Virus record (IMG/VR): IMGVR_UViG_3300045256_000050
Coordinates: 180,987 to 244,986 of that record
Direction: 5' to 3' (one strand)
Length of the DNA stretch: 64,000 bases
Numbering within the stretch: the first letter of the stretch is position 1; each line of letters begins with the position of its first letter. Of the stretch, positions 36,321 through 46,057 are shown piece after piece. The notes under the pieces are model-generated. The model saw only the letters and a program-made list of their open reading frames with translations, made no database searches and was not told the DNA's origin. The position numbers and the translations under genes are program-made.

Positions 36321-36659
36321 TTAAGCGTTGAAGCTGGAACCGCACCCGCAACATCCCTTGCTGTTCGGGTTGTTGAACTTGAAGCCACGACCGTTGATGT
36401 CGTCCTTCCAGTCAACCTCGGTGCCGTTGAGGTACAGGTCGCTTCGGCCGTCCACCGTCACGGTCAGCCCGTCGATTTCGGTTGACCAGTCGTTCAGCCG
36501 GTCGATCTCCGACTTGTTCACGAACTCCATGTGGTACTGGAACCCGCTACAACCGCCGCCACGCACACGGACGGCGATGGCTTGTTCTTCCAGCTTCATC
36601 CCCTGGTCGGCGATGACGCTCTTGATTTCGGCGACAGCCTTCGGTGTTAGTGTAATCAT
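36321..36659 (-). CDS. HesB/IscA-family Fe-S cluster carrier
   Basis: GGGCSG, GFKFNNPN, CCGCGSSF. Confidence 0.93.
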   Translation of the reverse strand: MITLTPKAVAEIKSVIADQGMKLEEQAIAVRVRGGGCSGFQYHMEFVNKSEIDRLNDWSTEIDGLTVTVDGRSDLYLNGTEVDWKDDINGRGFKFNNPNSKGCCGCGSSFNA

Positions 36660-36913
36660 TGTTTCTCCTTGATGATAATGCCCGTGCGGCCGTTGGCCGA
36701 GACGCCCAGGACTTCGATGTTCACTACGCCCGTTTCATCAATGACAAGAAGGCCGCTGACGGGTTTGGCGTAGAAAATGTCGTCGGTGAAGTTAAAGGAC
36801 AGCTTGTTCTCGTTGTTGATCTGAAATCGAAGGGCGTACTTGTCCCGGTCCAGTCCGGCCTGCCGCATAGCCTCGAAGATCATGCCTGTGGCGGTTGGGT
36901 CGAATTCAATCAT
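36656..36913 (-). CDS. Degenerate HesB-like paralogue lacking Cys
   Basis: IEFDPTA...LRFQI...GLLVID echoes the IscA N-terminal fold; ATGA coupled. Confidence 0.45.
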   Translation of the reverse strand: MIEFDPTATGMIFEAMRQAGLDRDKYALRFQINNENKLSFNFTDDIFYAKPVSGLLVIDETGVVNIEVLGVSANGRTGIIIKEKQ

Positions 36914-37094
36914 GTTTTACTGGAGTATCTTTCTTCTCATTGTGCAGTGCGAGCCAGCCTCCGAGAACGAATCCCAAGACCGCTCCGCAGAACACGCACC
37001 ACCCCAGGGCGTCGAACAGGACGGCCATGCACAGCATGCCGCCCGCTCCGGTTCCGAAAACGTGCATCACTTTACAGCAGTTGCAGCTTTGCAT
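36906..37094 (-). CDS. Small membrane protein
   Basis: Two short hydrophobic segments; coupled to neighbours. Confidence 0.4.
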   Translation of the reverse strand: MQSCNCCKVMHVFGTGAGGMLCMAVLFDALGWCVFCGAVLGFVLGGWLALHNEKKDTPVKHD

Positions 37095-37357
37095 TTCTTC
37101 CTCTTCTTCACTTTGACCCAGCAGTATTCCTCGCCTGGGAACAGGCCGATGGAGTGGTACTCCCAGCGGCCTCGGCGGAAAAACTTGCAACTGAACCAGG
37201 GGAACCCGTCCACGATGCGGCTGATCCTCAGTGAACGCCGCCGCTCGATCAACTTCTTGAACACCCACTTGGTATCCCGGTGGATGTAGTAGCCCTCGAT
37301 GCCCTCGCCGGGGATGCCGACGATTCGCACACGGTCCCCGATCTTCAGCTTGCCCAT
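37067..37357 (-). CDS. Hypothetical protein
   Basis: MGKLKIGDRVRIV (KOW/SH3-like start); AAGGAG SD. Confidence 0.6.
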   Translation of the reverse strand: MGKLKIGDRVRIVGIPGEGIEGYYIHRDTKWVFKKLIERRRSLRISRIVDGFPWFSCKFFRRGRWEYHSIGLFPGEEYCWVKVKKRKKCKAATAVK

Positions 37358-38409
37358 ACCAGTTCTCCTTTCGCTCGGGAGGCCGACGTGTAGGCCCACC
37401 GCTTGTGGTCCCACAGGTCGCACTTCTGCTCGATGACCAGCACCCGCTCGAACTCGTCGCCCTGTGCTTTGTGTGCAGTAATACAGTAAGCGAAGTCGAA
37501 AGGGATCGGGTGGTCTTTACCGAAGTAGTCGAACACCGGCTTCTCGACGCCGAACCACCGCTGGTCGTACATGATGTCCGGGTACACCTGCCCGTCGAAC
37601 TCGAAGTCCAGCCGGGGGATGCCGTTCATGTCGTAGCCGACGTTCTTCACCACGCCCTGCATGCCGTTGAACAGGCCGAGCGTCTTGTTGTTCTTCAGGC
37701 AGATGATCCGCTCGCCGACGTTGGGTGCCTTGCCCTCGTACCCCAGGGCGGACCGCACCCGGTTGTTCATCTCAACACGGGTCTTGTTGAAGGCACAGAT
37801 GATCTGGTCGGTGTTCACTAAGTCATCGTCCGAGAGCCGTTTCCCCTTGAACTTCACGATGTCCGACTGGCCCCGGAACGAGGACGCCTTGTAGCCGTGC
37901 CGGAGGCGTTCGGCGAACACGGCGATGTCGCCTGCGTTTCGGTGAATCTCTTCGAGGGTGATGTCGGGCTTCTGCATCAGGTTGAAGTCGGTGCCGATGG
38001 GTTCTAGCTGCCCGTGGTCGCCGACGAAGATGCACGGGTAGTTGTAGGACAGCAGGTCGTGGTAGATTTCACTCGATACCATCGACGCCTCGTCCACGAT
38101 GAACCCCTCGCAGCCGAGTTCGGTCGGGCAGGCAAGGTCGAAGCCGACGAGCTTGCCCCACTCCATGACCGGCTTGTAGATGCGGCTGTGGATCGTGGTT
38201 GCGGAACCCAGACCTTTCTTACGCAAAACGTTCGCCGCTTTGCCGGTGTAGGCACAGACGCCGTAGTTTGGGAAGAACTTGGCGAGGTAGGTTACGAGAA
38301 CGGACTTGCCCGTCCCGGCGTACCCGCCGAGGGTCTGGCGGATGGTTCCGGCCCGGACTTTCGCCACAATCGTCCCCAGGGCCACCTTTTGTGTCTCTGT
38401 CAGTTCCAT
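37345..38409 (-). CDS. SF1B DNA helicase (Dda/RecD2-like)
   Basis: GYAGTGKS, YTGKAA, TIHS, VDEASM, GDHGQL, EIHR, YCITAHKAQG, YTSASRA. Confidence 0.93.
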   Translation of the reverse strand: MELTETQKVALGTIVAKVRAGTIRQTLGGYAGTGKSVLVTYLAKFFPNYGVCAYTGKAANVLRKKGLGSATTIHSRIYKPVMEWGKLVGFDLACPTELGCEGFIVDEASMVSSEIYHDLLSYNYPCIFVGDHGQLEPIGTDFNLMQKPDITLEEIHRNAGDIAVFAERLRHGYKASSFRGQSDIVKFKGKRLSDDDLVNTDQIICAFNKTRVEMNNRVRSALGYEGKAPNVGERIICLKNNKTLGLFNGMQGVVKNVGYDMNGIPRLDFEFDGQVYPDIMYDQRWFGVEKPVFDYFGKDHPIPFDFAYCITAHKAQGDEFERVLVIEQKCDLWDHKRWAYTSASRAKGELVWAS

Positions 38410-38506
38410 GACAAGTTATCGCCTTTTCCGTAAGGAATCTTGAGTTTGCGTCGAAAAGCTCCCCAGCAAAGTAAATAGAGTACACAGAGTTTGGAGGAGA
38501 AGCAAT

Positions 38507-39268
38507 ATGACTCGTGACGTTGCTTTGAAAATCATCGCCGCAACGACCTTACTCGTGGGGTTTGCATTTCTGGCGGTGGTCGCTGCGAAGCAGCAGTGGA
38601 AGATTAACAAGCCTTGCGAAGTATACAGCGTAACGGCTATCGAGGAAAGACCTTCACCGGCGGCGGGATCGACCGAGAATGCTGCCTTGAAAGACGACAA
38701 TCACTTTGTTATCATTTTTGCTTACGACGCCAAAGGCGTAGTGCGGAAGCCCGCCAAGTCTCACGTCTTCGCCTTGTTTTACGAAACAAGCGACGGCGGA
38801 CTCCGCAAGGACTTTGGCATCAGTTGGGGACAGGCCAGCGGACAGTTCAAGCCGGGCATTTGTAAAGGAAAGAACTTCACGGTAAAAGAAACCCTGGAGT
38901 ACGCCTCGAAGAACGACCTGGAAGTCCAGATGTGGGGGCCGTATGCAATCGACGAGAAGTTCTATAAGAACGCCGTCCTTCGGTACAACGACCTGGAGGC
39001 GGGGAAGTACGCCTACCGCACCTGGGACGCCTCGAACCGGACCGACCCCGGCTATCCCGCAGTGAACAACATCCACGCCGTCAGCGACATCGCCGGGTGC
39101 ATCGACACTGAAGGTCGGTACGGGCGGGACGCCGCACAGAAGATCGTGGAGAAGTTTGAGAACCACTCCATCGTGAGCCAGCAGAACAACGGTCGTGACA
39201 CATGCCACGACGAGATCGTTCAGAAGCTCGGGATGACGGTCAAGCCGATGAGCGCCCGGAGGCGGTAA
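38507..39268 (+). CDS. Exported/membrane-anchored hypothetical protein
   Basis: N-terminal TM; GGAGG SD; TAAATA at 38472. Confidence 0.7.
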   Translation: MTRDVALKIIAATTLLVGFAFLAVVAAKQQWKINKPCEVYSVTAIEERPSPAAGSTENAALKDDNHFVIIFAYDAKGVVRKPAKSHVFALFYETSDGGLRKDFGISWGQASGQFKPGICKGKNFTVKETLEYASKNDLEVQMWGPYAIDEKFYKNAVLRYNDLEAGKYAYRTWDASNRTDPGYPAVNNIHAVSDIAGCIDTEGRYGRDAAQKIVEKFENHSIVSQQNNGRDTCHDEIVQKLGMTVKPMSARRR

Positions 39269-39591
39269 TGCAGGGAATCCCGTTCTTCTCTCTGAAAAAC
39301 GACACGACGGTTCAAGTCGTGACTTGTAATTCAACCTACCAGATTCGCCGGGAGAACGCCGAGTTCACCTGGATGCTGGGCGGGACGAGAAAGGACGGGA
39401 GTACCCGTTACCCGATTTGGTCGCCGATCATGCTCATGGGTTCCACCTGGGGTGGGAGCGATCTGAAGATCGGTTACATCGGCAAGGCGATGCTGTTGGA
39501 CTTCTACGACATCGAGCGGGATCGGACCATCACCACGAGTCCGATCCGCCAGATTGCCTTAATCTACCCGACGGGTCCGCTCTACCTTTAG
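39268..39591 (+). CDS. Hypothetical protein
   Basis: TAATG coupling to the upstream gene. Confidence 0.55.
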   Translation: MQGIPFFSLKNDTTVQVVTCNSTYQIRRENAEFTWMLGGTRKDGSTRYPIWSPIMLMGSTWGGSDLKIGYIGKAMLLDFYDIERDRTITTSPIRQIALIYPTGPLYL

Positions 39592-40016
39592 AAGCCAGCG
39601 TTCCAGTTGCTCCGCTCACGGTCCTCGGCGATCTGGGCACCGATGTGGCGTTCGTGTTCCTGAATCAACGCCCTCTTTTCCGGCGTGATCTTCGGTTTGC
39701 CCACATCCTTCTCGGCATCGTAGTGGTAGAACTCGGTCTTATTGGCGAATCCGCCGAACTCGCCGATGGTGTTCAAATGCTCCGGCGGCAGGTAGTCCGG
39801 GTCGAACCCCCACTTCTTCGAGAACGCACGCAAGTCCTTCAACTCACGTTCCGTCACCGGCTGGTTGATCGTTTTGAAGTTGGACTCCATCTCTCGCAAC
39901 TTCTGGACGTGTTCGCCGGTGAGAACCTTTGCACTGTTCTCGACCTGCGTCCATTCCTGGGCGTGGGCACCGTCGTTGTGGAAGATGACCCACCCTTTCT
40001 CTCTTTTTTCTGACAT
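39588..40016 (-). CDS. Hypothetical protein
   Basis: ORF with GAGGT SD. Confidence 0.6.
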   Translation of the reverse strand: MSEKREKGWVIFHNDGAHAQEWTQVENSAKVLTGEHVQKLREMESNFKTINQPVTERELKDLRAFSKKWGFDPDYLPPEHLNTIGEFGGFANKTEFYHYDAEKDVGKPKITPEKRALIQEHERHIGAQIAEDRERSNWNAGF

Positions 40017-40146
40017 GGGACTTTACCTCTGTTACCTGTTGTGTTATAAAGTAGTGCAAGCAGGGACGCCTGTTCCTGCACTAATGACGCATGTTGCTAT
40101 GGTTCGGGCGCACAAGGGGGTGACACCAAATGCCTGACCGCCAGCG

Positions 40147-41034
40147 TTAAACCCTGCCCAGGTACTCGACGTACTCTGGAATAGCAGTTTCCACAAACCG
40201 CTTGGGAGTGTAACCCAGGCGGTTTGTTATTTTATCTAGGCCGCAGCAGGTAAAGCTCTGATACTTATCTGCGAATGGACATTCGACCCATTCCACTTCA
40301 TTCCCGATCAATTCCGCCAGTCTTCCGAAACTCACCGGGCTTCCGCTGCCCAAGTTGAACACGTCGTTGTGATCGTAGGTCATCGCCAGGATGTTCGCAT
40401 CCACCACGTCCTGAACGTGGACCCAATCCCGCCGCTGCGTGCCATCAGTGAACAATTTCACCTTTCGACCCATCAGCTTGTGCCGGATCATCTGGTGGAT
40501 CATGCTTGCCCGCCGACCCTTGTACTCCTCGCCCGGCCCGTACACGTTGCAGTAACGGAAGCCGATGAACGTGGCCTCCGGGTAAGTGTGTCCGGCCGCA
40601 GCCATCTCGACTTCCATCTGGGCTTTCGACTCGCCGTAGACGTTCAGCGGGTTGATCGCCGTCTGCCCCTCGACGTAAGGTGCGGGTTCCGCCCCGTAGA
40701 TGGCGGTGGAACTGGCGTAAACGAAGTGGCGGCACTCGTACTCGTCGTGCAGTTTCTTCACAACCCGCATCGGCTCGTAGACGTTGGTCTGGAACATCTG
40801 GTCACGGTCGTGACAGAGCGTGTCGTTGTTCGCCCCCTGGTAGAAGACGCAATCAATCCGGCTGGGGAGGACGTTCCAGTTGAGGCCGAAGTTGGATCGG
40901 TACACGACCCGGCAGCCCTTCAGGTCGTTGCCGCCGCCCGAGGACGTGGCCCACACCTGATGACCCAACTCAACGAGACGTGCAGCAAGGTTGCTGCCCA
41001 CGAATCCCGATCCGCCAAGTACCAGTACGTTCAT
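40147..41034 (-). CDS. NAD-dependent epimerase (extended SDR; HldD/RfaD-like)
   Basis: GGSGFVGS, YASSTAIYG, PLNVYGESK (YxxxK), FRYCNVYGPGE.YKG. Confidence 0.88.
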   Translation of the reverse strand: MNVLVLGGSGFVGSNLAARLVELGHQVWATSSGGGNDLKGCRVVYRSNFGLNWNVLPSRIDCVFYQGANNDTLCHDRDQMFQTNVYEPMRVVKKLHDEYECRHFVYASSTAIYGAEPAPYVEGQTAINPLNVYGESKAQMEVEMAAAGHTYPEATFIGFRYCNVYGPGEEYKGRRASMIHQMIRHKLMGRKVKLFTDGTQRRDWVHVQDVVDANILAMTYDHNDVFNLGSGSPVSFGRLAELIGNEVEWVECPFADKYQSFTCCGLDKITNRLGYTPKRFVETAIPEYVEYLGRV

Positions 41035-41035
41035 G

Positions 41036-41683
41036 TTACATCTTTCTGAAAGCGTAAGCGTAGATGCTTTCACGTCCCGCCAGGGTTTCGTTGTCGCTCA
41101 TCGCTTCCAGCTTGAAGCCGGAGTCGGTCATGAACCGGATGAACCCTGCGGAGGTAAAGTAGTAATAGTGTTCGTTCGGCTTGTAGTGTTTGCTCTGCCG
41201 CACGGCCAGGATGTTTTCGAAGATCGGCAGCGAGATGAAGAGGTACTGGCCCGGCCGGACGTGGACGAACATCTCCTGTGGTTCCGGGACGTGTTCCAGC
41301 GTGTCCCACAGCGTCCAGCCTTCGATGTCGTCGGGCTGGGAGACGTAGGGATCGACGTACATGTTCCGGGCCTTCAGCCACTCGACGGCCACCGGGTTGA
41401 TGTCGAAGCCGTACATCTTGGCGTGCGAACTCTCGATGAACTCACCCGACCCGATACCCACGTCGAGCAAAACCTTACAGAACTGGTGCGAGAACGCAAC
41501 CCGGCCTTTGTTCAGCTTGATTGCGATGTCGGAACCCTTCCGGTGAATGTAGTTGTCGAAGTATGACTGGTCGTAATCGACCGAGACGTTCATGTCGGCT
41601 TGGTACATGATGCCCTGCTGCGGGCAGTAGCGAAGATCGGAGCCATAGGGAACGCTCCAATACGATTTAACGACGTTTTGCAT
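41036..41683 (-). CDS. SAM-dependent methyltransferase (glycan-associated type)
   Basis: LLDVGIGSG, GFDIN, WDTLEHV. Confidence 0.85.
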   Translation of the reverse strand: MQNVVKSYWSVPYGSDLRYCPQQGIMYQADMNVSVDYDQSYFDNYIHRKGSDIAIKLNKGRVAFSHQFCKVLLDVGIGSGEFIESSHAKMYGFDINPVAVEWLKARNMYVDPYVSQPDDIEGWTLWDTLEHVPEPQEMFVHVRPGQYLFISLPIFENILAVRQSKHYKPNEHYYYFTSAGFIRFMTDSGFKLEAMSDNETLAGRESIYAYAFRKM

Positions 41684-41712
41684 GATACCCCTTTTGTGTA
41701 GAGGTATATAGC

Positions 41713-42651
41713 TCAACCCGTCGTTTCGTGTGCCCTCAGCCGTTGATAATCTACGCTCCGAGAGATGAACGAAAAGTCCGTTTGCGGGGCGTAGTAGATG
41801 TCCTGGTTGCTGTAACAGTGGGCGTTCCTGCTCCGAACCGCAAGTCTGTCTTTGGTGAAGACTTTAGCGGCGATCACGCTCACCGACGAGTCGATTCCCA
41901 CATACCCGCACCCCTTCTTAAGCACTTCCAGGGCTTGCACTACGGACGTTTTACCGCTCAGGTCCGTAACGAGCGGATCGGTCGGAACCTTCTCCTGCTT
42001 GTCGTTCAGGACGACGAGCGGGAGGCCGTGCAACCGAGCATAACGTAACAAGTCGTTCCAGTCGGCTTCCTTGAAGTCCCGCTCGCTGTTCCTCTTGTCA
42101 GAGGAGTAAGGGGCAACGGTCAGGTATCGGCCGGGGAGTGCAAGGTGGCTGATATCGGCGAGGGTGTGGTTCACGAAGGACGACCCGTTGTAGGCCAAAT
42201 CCCCTTTGCGGATACGAGGGAACACCACGTTGATGCTGTAGTCCTGGGCCATGTAAAACTCGACAGGTGCCCGCTTGGGGCCGAGTTTGGCCTGGACTTC
42301 CGCCTTGTTGTAGAAGCACCAGAAGTTTGTGAAGTCGGACCAGACGACGAGCGGCACTGCCTTGTAGGTCGGGACGGCCTTGAAGCAGGTCTGGATCAGG
42401 TTCGACTTGTGGGTTGCGTAACAGATCGTTTGGAGTTTGTTACGCAACCCGTCGGAGAAGAAAGCCTCGATGGCGAGAACGTCGCCGAGTCCACCTGTAA
42501 GGAGAATCGAAGTTGAAGAAGTCTTGGTTTCGTCGAAGACGACGTTCTGCCGTCGAACACGCTGCGGCCGGACGTTCGGGTTACGAACTACGGTCGCCCG
42601 CTTGGCCTCCTTCATCTGAAGGAGTCGTTGCTTGTAACGCTCGCTTTGCAT
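41713..42651 (-). CDS. GT9-like (GT-B) glycosyltransferase
   Basis: GGLGDVL, YLTVAP, DLSGKTS, YVGIDSSVSVIA. Confidence 0.7.
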   Translation of the reverse strand: MQSERYKQRLLQMKEAKRATVVRNPNVRPQRVRRQNVVFDETKTSSTSILLTGGLGDVLAIEAFFSDGLRNKLQTICYATHKSNLIQTCFKAVPTYKAVPLVVWSDFTNFWCFYNKAEVQAKLGPKRAPVEFYMAQDYSINVVFPRIRKGDLAYNGSSFVNHTLADISHLALPGRYLTVAPYSSDKRNSERDFKEADWNDLLRYARLHGLPLVVLNDKQEKVPTDPLVTDLSGKTSVVQALEVLKKGCGYVGIDSSVSVIAAKVFTKDRLAVRSRNAHCYSNQDIYYAPQTDFSFISRSVDYQRLRAHETTG

Positions 42652-42654
42652 CCA

Positions 42655-43050
42655 TTATTTAGCAGCGGCTTTGGCGGGTTTGGCTTCTTCGAGGATCGCA
42701 TTGACGTTGTGAATCTCGATCAGGGCCAGCTTCTTGTCGGTGAACTGCTTGGCTTCCTGCAAGAGCTTCGGACGGACGCCGAGGAGAACACGGTCGCCGA
42801 CGTTGAGCTTCACGTCTTCCTGCTTGACGCACGGGCCGAAGGCCACGATGTAAGCCTGCTCGCTGCCGACCTTAGCGTCTTCCTTCAGGTAGAGCTTGGT
42901 CGCCAGTACGGCTTCCGGGTTAATGAGTTCTACGAGAATCGTAGAGCCAGCCGGGCGGATGCCGGTGATCGCCGGGACGCTTGCTACGCTCGTCTCTTCC
43001 TTGTCATTCTTGCCGGGGAGGAAGACGCCACCATCTGTTTTTTTAACCAT
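42655..43050 (-). CDS. groES: GroES/Cpn10-like co-chaperonin with N-terminal extension
   Basis: IRPAGSTILVE, AYIVAFGP, LNVGDRVL, VNAILE match the Cpn10 strand order. Confidence 0.7.
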   Translation of the reverse strand: MVKKTDGGVFLPGKNDKEETSVASVPAITGIRPAGSTILVELINPEAVLATKLYLKEDAKVGSEQAYIVAFGPCVKQEDVKLNVGDRVLLGVRPKLLQEAKQFTDKKLALIEIHNVNAILEEAKPAKAAAK

Positions 43051-43118
43051 GTTGCATTCCTTTCTTTAGGGTCGGACGTAACTAATATAAGTAAGGCGAA
43101 CAGCATTTAGGAGACGGC

Positions 43119-43991
43119 ATGCCATTTTATCTGAATCCATTTTCCTCGGACTTCACCGGAGCTTGGGTGTTGTCCGACAGGAAATACAGCATCGACTTCA
43201 AGGTTCCACGGAACTCCGGGCGGGGCGACGAGTACGTTGTTTCGTATGCCGGTCCCGGCCCGTTCGATCTGAACGGCAACGACCGGGACGGCAACAGCAA
43301 GGACGTTCTGGTCGTCGTGTTCGCCCTGAACGACCCGAAAAACTGGACCGAACATTCGGTCACGATCTCGGCTACCGACCTGAGTGCCGTCACCGCAACC
43401 GAGGTTGTTTCTTCACTGAACACCGACCCGCTGTTCTCCGACTTCTTCACCGCCTCTCTGAAGGACGACCAGGGGAACGGGGTCTTCCGTGTTGTGATTC
43501 GCCAGAAGAAGCCGATCCAACAGTTCCGGTTCTACATCAAGCCGGGCCGGGCTGAGGAGACGCTGAAGTTCAACAAGTTCGTAGGCGTGAGTGAGATTCC
43601 GTCGTTCTTCGCCCGCCACACGATTGCCAACCGCTTTACTTACGCTGACAGCCAGAACATGTTGATCGAACTCGTGCCGGGTTCGTCCGACGTGGACGCC
43701 GATGTCATCACCAACGCCGTTGACGCTTACGGCGTCAGCAAGGGCTACGACAGCGGCACGGTTCAGGCCGACTGGCAGTTGCTCCGTGGTCGGGCCGGTT
43801 TGTTCAACTTCCAGAAGATTACTGTTGACGGAAGCGACCGAATCACGCAAATTATTGAATACCCGGCAGGTGCAGTGGCCGGTGACATGGCTCGGTTGAT
43901 CGGTTACACCTACACGGGTGGTAACACCAAGCCGGATACTATTACGGAAATCCCGTACACGCTGCAAACTGGTGATCTCGTAACGCCGTAA
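43119..43991 (+). CDS. Putative virion protein
   Basis: beta/Thr/Gly-rich; AT-rich TAATATAAGTA upstream; AGGAGA SD. Confidence 0.6.
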   Translation: MPFYLNPFSSDFTGAWVLSDRKYSIDFKVPRNSGRGDEYVVSYAGPGPFDLNGNDRDGNSKDVLVVVFALNDPKNWTEHSVTISATDLSAVTATEVVSSLNTDPLFSDFFTASLKDDQGNGVFRVVIRQKKPIQQFRFYIKPGRAEETLKFNKFVGVSEIPSFFARHTIANRFTYADSQNMLIELVPGSSDVDADVITNAVDAYGVSKGYDSGTVQADWQLLRGRAGLFNFQKITVDGSDRITQIIEYPAGAVAGDMARLIGYTYTGGNTKPDTITEIPYTLQTGDLVTP

Positions 43992-44001
43992 GGAGTTTAA
44001 C

Positions 44002-44196
44002 ATGAAGAAGGTATTGTTCGCTGCCCTGTTCCTCGTCGTCGGTTTCGTCGTCGGGGCACACGCCGGGAAGTGCCCGGTGATGAAGGGTCTGTGTCCGTTC
44101 GCTAAGGCCGCTTGTTGCGACAAGGCTGGCTGTTGCGTTGGGAATTGTAGCTGCGGCGACCAGTGCTGCTGCTGCGAAGCCTGCTGCAAGAAGTAA
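44002..44196 (+). CDS. Secreted Cys-rich (metallothionein-like) peptide
   Basis: 21-aa Sec signal ending AHA; 14 Cys in the 43-aa mature part; AAGGAG SD. Confidence 0.75.
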   Translation: MKKVLFAALFLVVGFVVGAHAGKCPVMKGLCPFAKAACCDKAGCCVGNCSCGDQCCCCEACCKK

Positions 44197-44238
44197 TAAC
44201 GCCTGACCTAGATAGTCTAGGTAACAAAAGGCGTTCAA

Positions 44239-44985
44239 ATGGATTACTACACAACATTGGGTGTGGCGAGAACCGCCACACCCGAAGAGATTCACAAAGC
44301 ATATCGCAAGCTCGCCATGAAGTACCACCCGGACCGCAATCCGGGTGATGACGAGGCCGTCGAAAAGTTCAAGGAAGTCGCCAACGCATACGAAGTCCTC
44401 GGGGACGACGTGAAGCGTTCGACCTACGACCGTCAGGGCTACTACGGGCGGCGTCCGCCCTCTCCCCCGCCCCCTCCCAAGAAAGACAACAAAAAGAAAG
44501 AACCTCCTCCGAAGACGCACGTCCACGTCAACCCGGATGAGATTCAGTGCAGCTACTTCGGGGGTACGACCACGGGGCGGAACGTGATGACGCACCTGTA
44601 TCTGACCAAAGAGCAGATGAAGATGGGCGGCAAGCACGAAGTCCACGTCAAGAAGCGGGAGATGTGTTCGAACTGCAACGGCGACGGGAACAGCAACCGT
44701 GTCTGTCAAATCTGCCGGGGTAGCGGTCGGCTCACGCACTTGGTCTACGGCGGGTTTCGGGAGATGGCTCCCGAGTGCCAGATGTGCAAGGGCGAGGGTA
44801 TCATCTACGTCCCATGCCGTCAGTGCAGGGGCGATGGGGTGAACCTCTGGGGCATTCGTTCTGTTACCGTATCCGTGCCGTCGAACTGTCAGAGCGGGCA
44901 ACAGATCACGGTCGCCGGAGAAGGGGAGCTTGCCCCGCTGAAGTCACCGGGCTACCTGAGAGTTGTTGTTTTAGAGAAGCCATGA
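44239..44985 (+). CDS. dnaJ: DnaJ-family co-chaperone (J domain + Zn finger)
   Basis: [21 protein letters not shown]; four CxxCxGxG repeats. Confidence 0.93.
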   Translation: MDYYTTLGVARTATPEEIHKAYRKLAMKYHPDRNPGDDEAVEKFKEVANAYEVLGDDVKRSTYDRQGYYGRRPPSPPPPPKKDNKKKEPPPKTHVHVNPDEIQCSYFGGTTTGRNVMTHLYLTKEQMKMGGKHEVHVKKREMCSNCNGDGNSNRVCQICRGSGRLTHLVYGGFREMAPECQMCKGEGIIYVPCRQCRGDGVNLWGIRSVTVSVPSNCQSGQQITVAGEGELAPLKSPGYLRVVVLEKP

Positions 44986-45015
44986 AAAAACAGTTCCGTA
45001 TTACTGTTATATCAC

Positions 45016-45486
45016 ATGGAAAACAAACGCTGCTCCAAGTGTGAAAAAACACTTGCACTGAATGACGAGAACTTCGTGCCGAGGAAGATCGGGAAGATTG
45101 GCTGGTATGCCGAGTGTCGAGCTTGTCGTAACAAGAACATGGCTCGTTACATGAAGAAGAAAAGACAACAAGAACCCGGCATTTGGGCTGAGTCCGACAG
45201 AAAAACCAAAGAGAAGCTTAAGGCCGAAGTGTTCGAGCATTACTGCCCGGACGGAATTAAGTGTGCCAAGTGCCCATTCACTGATCTCAGGGCTTTAACC
45301 ATAGATCACATCAACGGCGATGGTTACAAGCATACCTTCCCAAGTGGCAAGCGAATGACGGGGGCACCACTGTATCGATGGATTAAGAAGCACAACTACC
45401 CTAAAGACCTACAAGTGTTGTGCATGAACTGTCAGTGGATCAAGCGTCACGAAAACCAAGAACACAATCACAAACAGCGGACATAA
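45016..45486 (+). CDS. HNH-type homing endonuclease
   Basis: CSKC/CRAC N-terminal Zn site; LTIDHING...LQVLCMNC; lower GC than flanks. Confidence 0.8.
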   Translation: MENKRCSKCEKTLALNDENFVPRKIGKIGWYAECRACRNKNMARYMKKKRQQEPGIWAESDRKTKEKLKAEVFEHYCPDGIKCAKCPFTDLRALTIDHINGDGYKHTFPSGKRMTGAPLYRWIKKHNYPKDLQVLCMNCQWIKRHENQEHNHKQRT

Positions 45487-45490
45487 AAAA

Positions 45491-45520
45491 TCATAGCCGC
45501 ACCTTGCGGTACGGCTATGA
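45491..45520. terminator. Hairpin between convergent genes
   Basis: TCATAGCCG...CGGCTATGA stem with flanking A-run. Confidence 0.65.
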
Positions 45521-45599
45521 AATAGGTAACAGTGGTATCAGGCGTCTATGATACACCGCCACTTGGGGCGTCCGACCCCAGGTGATTTGGAAAAAGGGC

Positions 45600-45932
45600 T
45601 TAGAGAGCCAGACCCTTCTTGACGATAGCGTACTGGATCACGTCGCTGGACGTACCTGCGAAGGTGATCGTGGTGTCGTTTGCATTGAAGGTCAACACGG
45701 CCTTGACGGCTGCGGCAGCGGTCTTGTCGGTTGCGACTACGATGTAGTCACCAACAACGCCGGACAGAAGCGGAAGCTTGACGGTAGCAGCGCCACCCGA
45801 CAGCGTAACTTCATCAGCAACCATAACACGAGGACCGAGCAGGCGACCAACGCCAACCGTCCAGTGCTTCGAACCCATGTTCGAGCCTTCGACAGAACCC
45901 TGGCCTACGCCAGTTACAGAAGTAGCACCCAT
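45600..45932 (-). CDS. Small virion protein (head decoration-like)
   Basis: G/T/V/A-rich beta composition; AGGAGA SD. Confidence 0.55.
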   Translation of the reverse strand: MGATSVTGVGQGSVEGSNMGSKHWTVGVGRLLGPRVMVADEVTLSGGAATVKLPLLSGVVGDYIVVATDKTAAAAVKAVLTFNANDTTITFAGTSSDVIQYAIVKKGLAL

Positions 45933-46057
45933 TGTATTCTCCTATGTGGAAGTTGGGTTAAGTTTCACAATTCTCGCCTTGCTACAATTAGATACGCACC
46001 ACTTCTAATTCTGTTCTTGTCCTGGGATAATCCCTCGCTCCCTGGATAACTACCTCT

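Noticed and set aside
45520-45599. Possible tRNA in the hairpin-rich gap
   Set aside because: No acceptor stem or TTC T-loop could be built.
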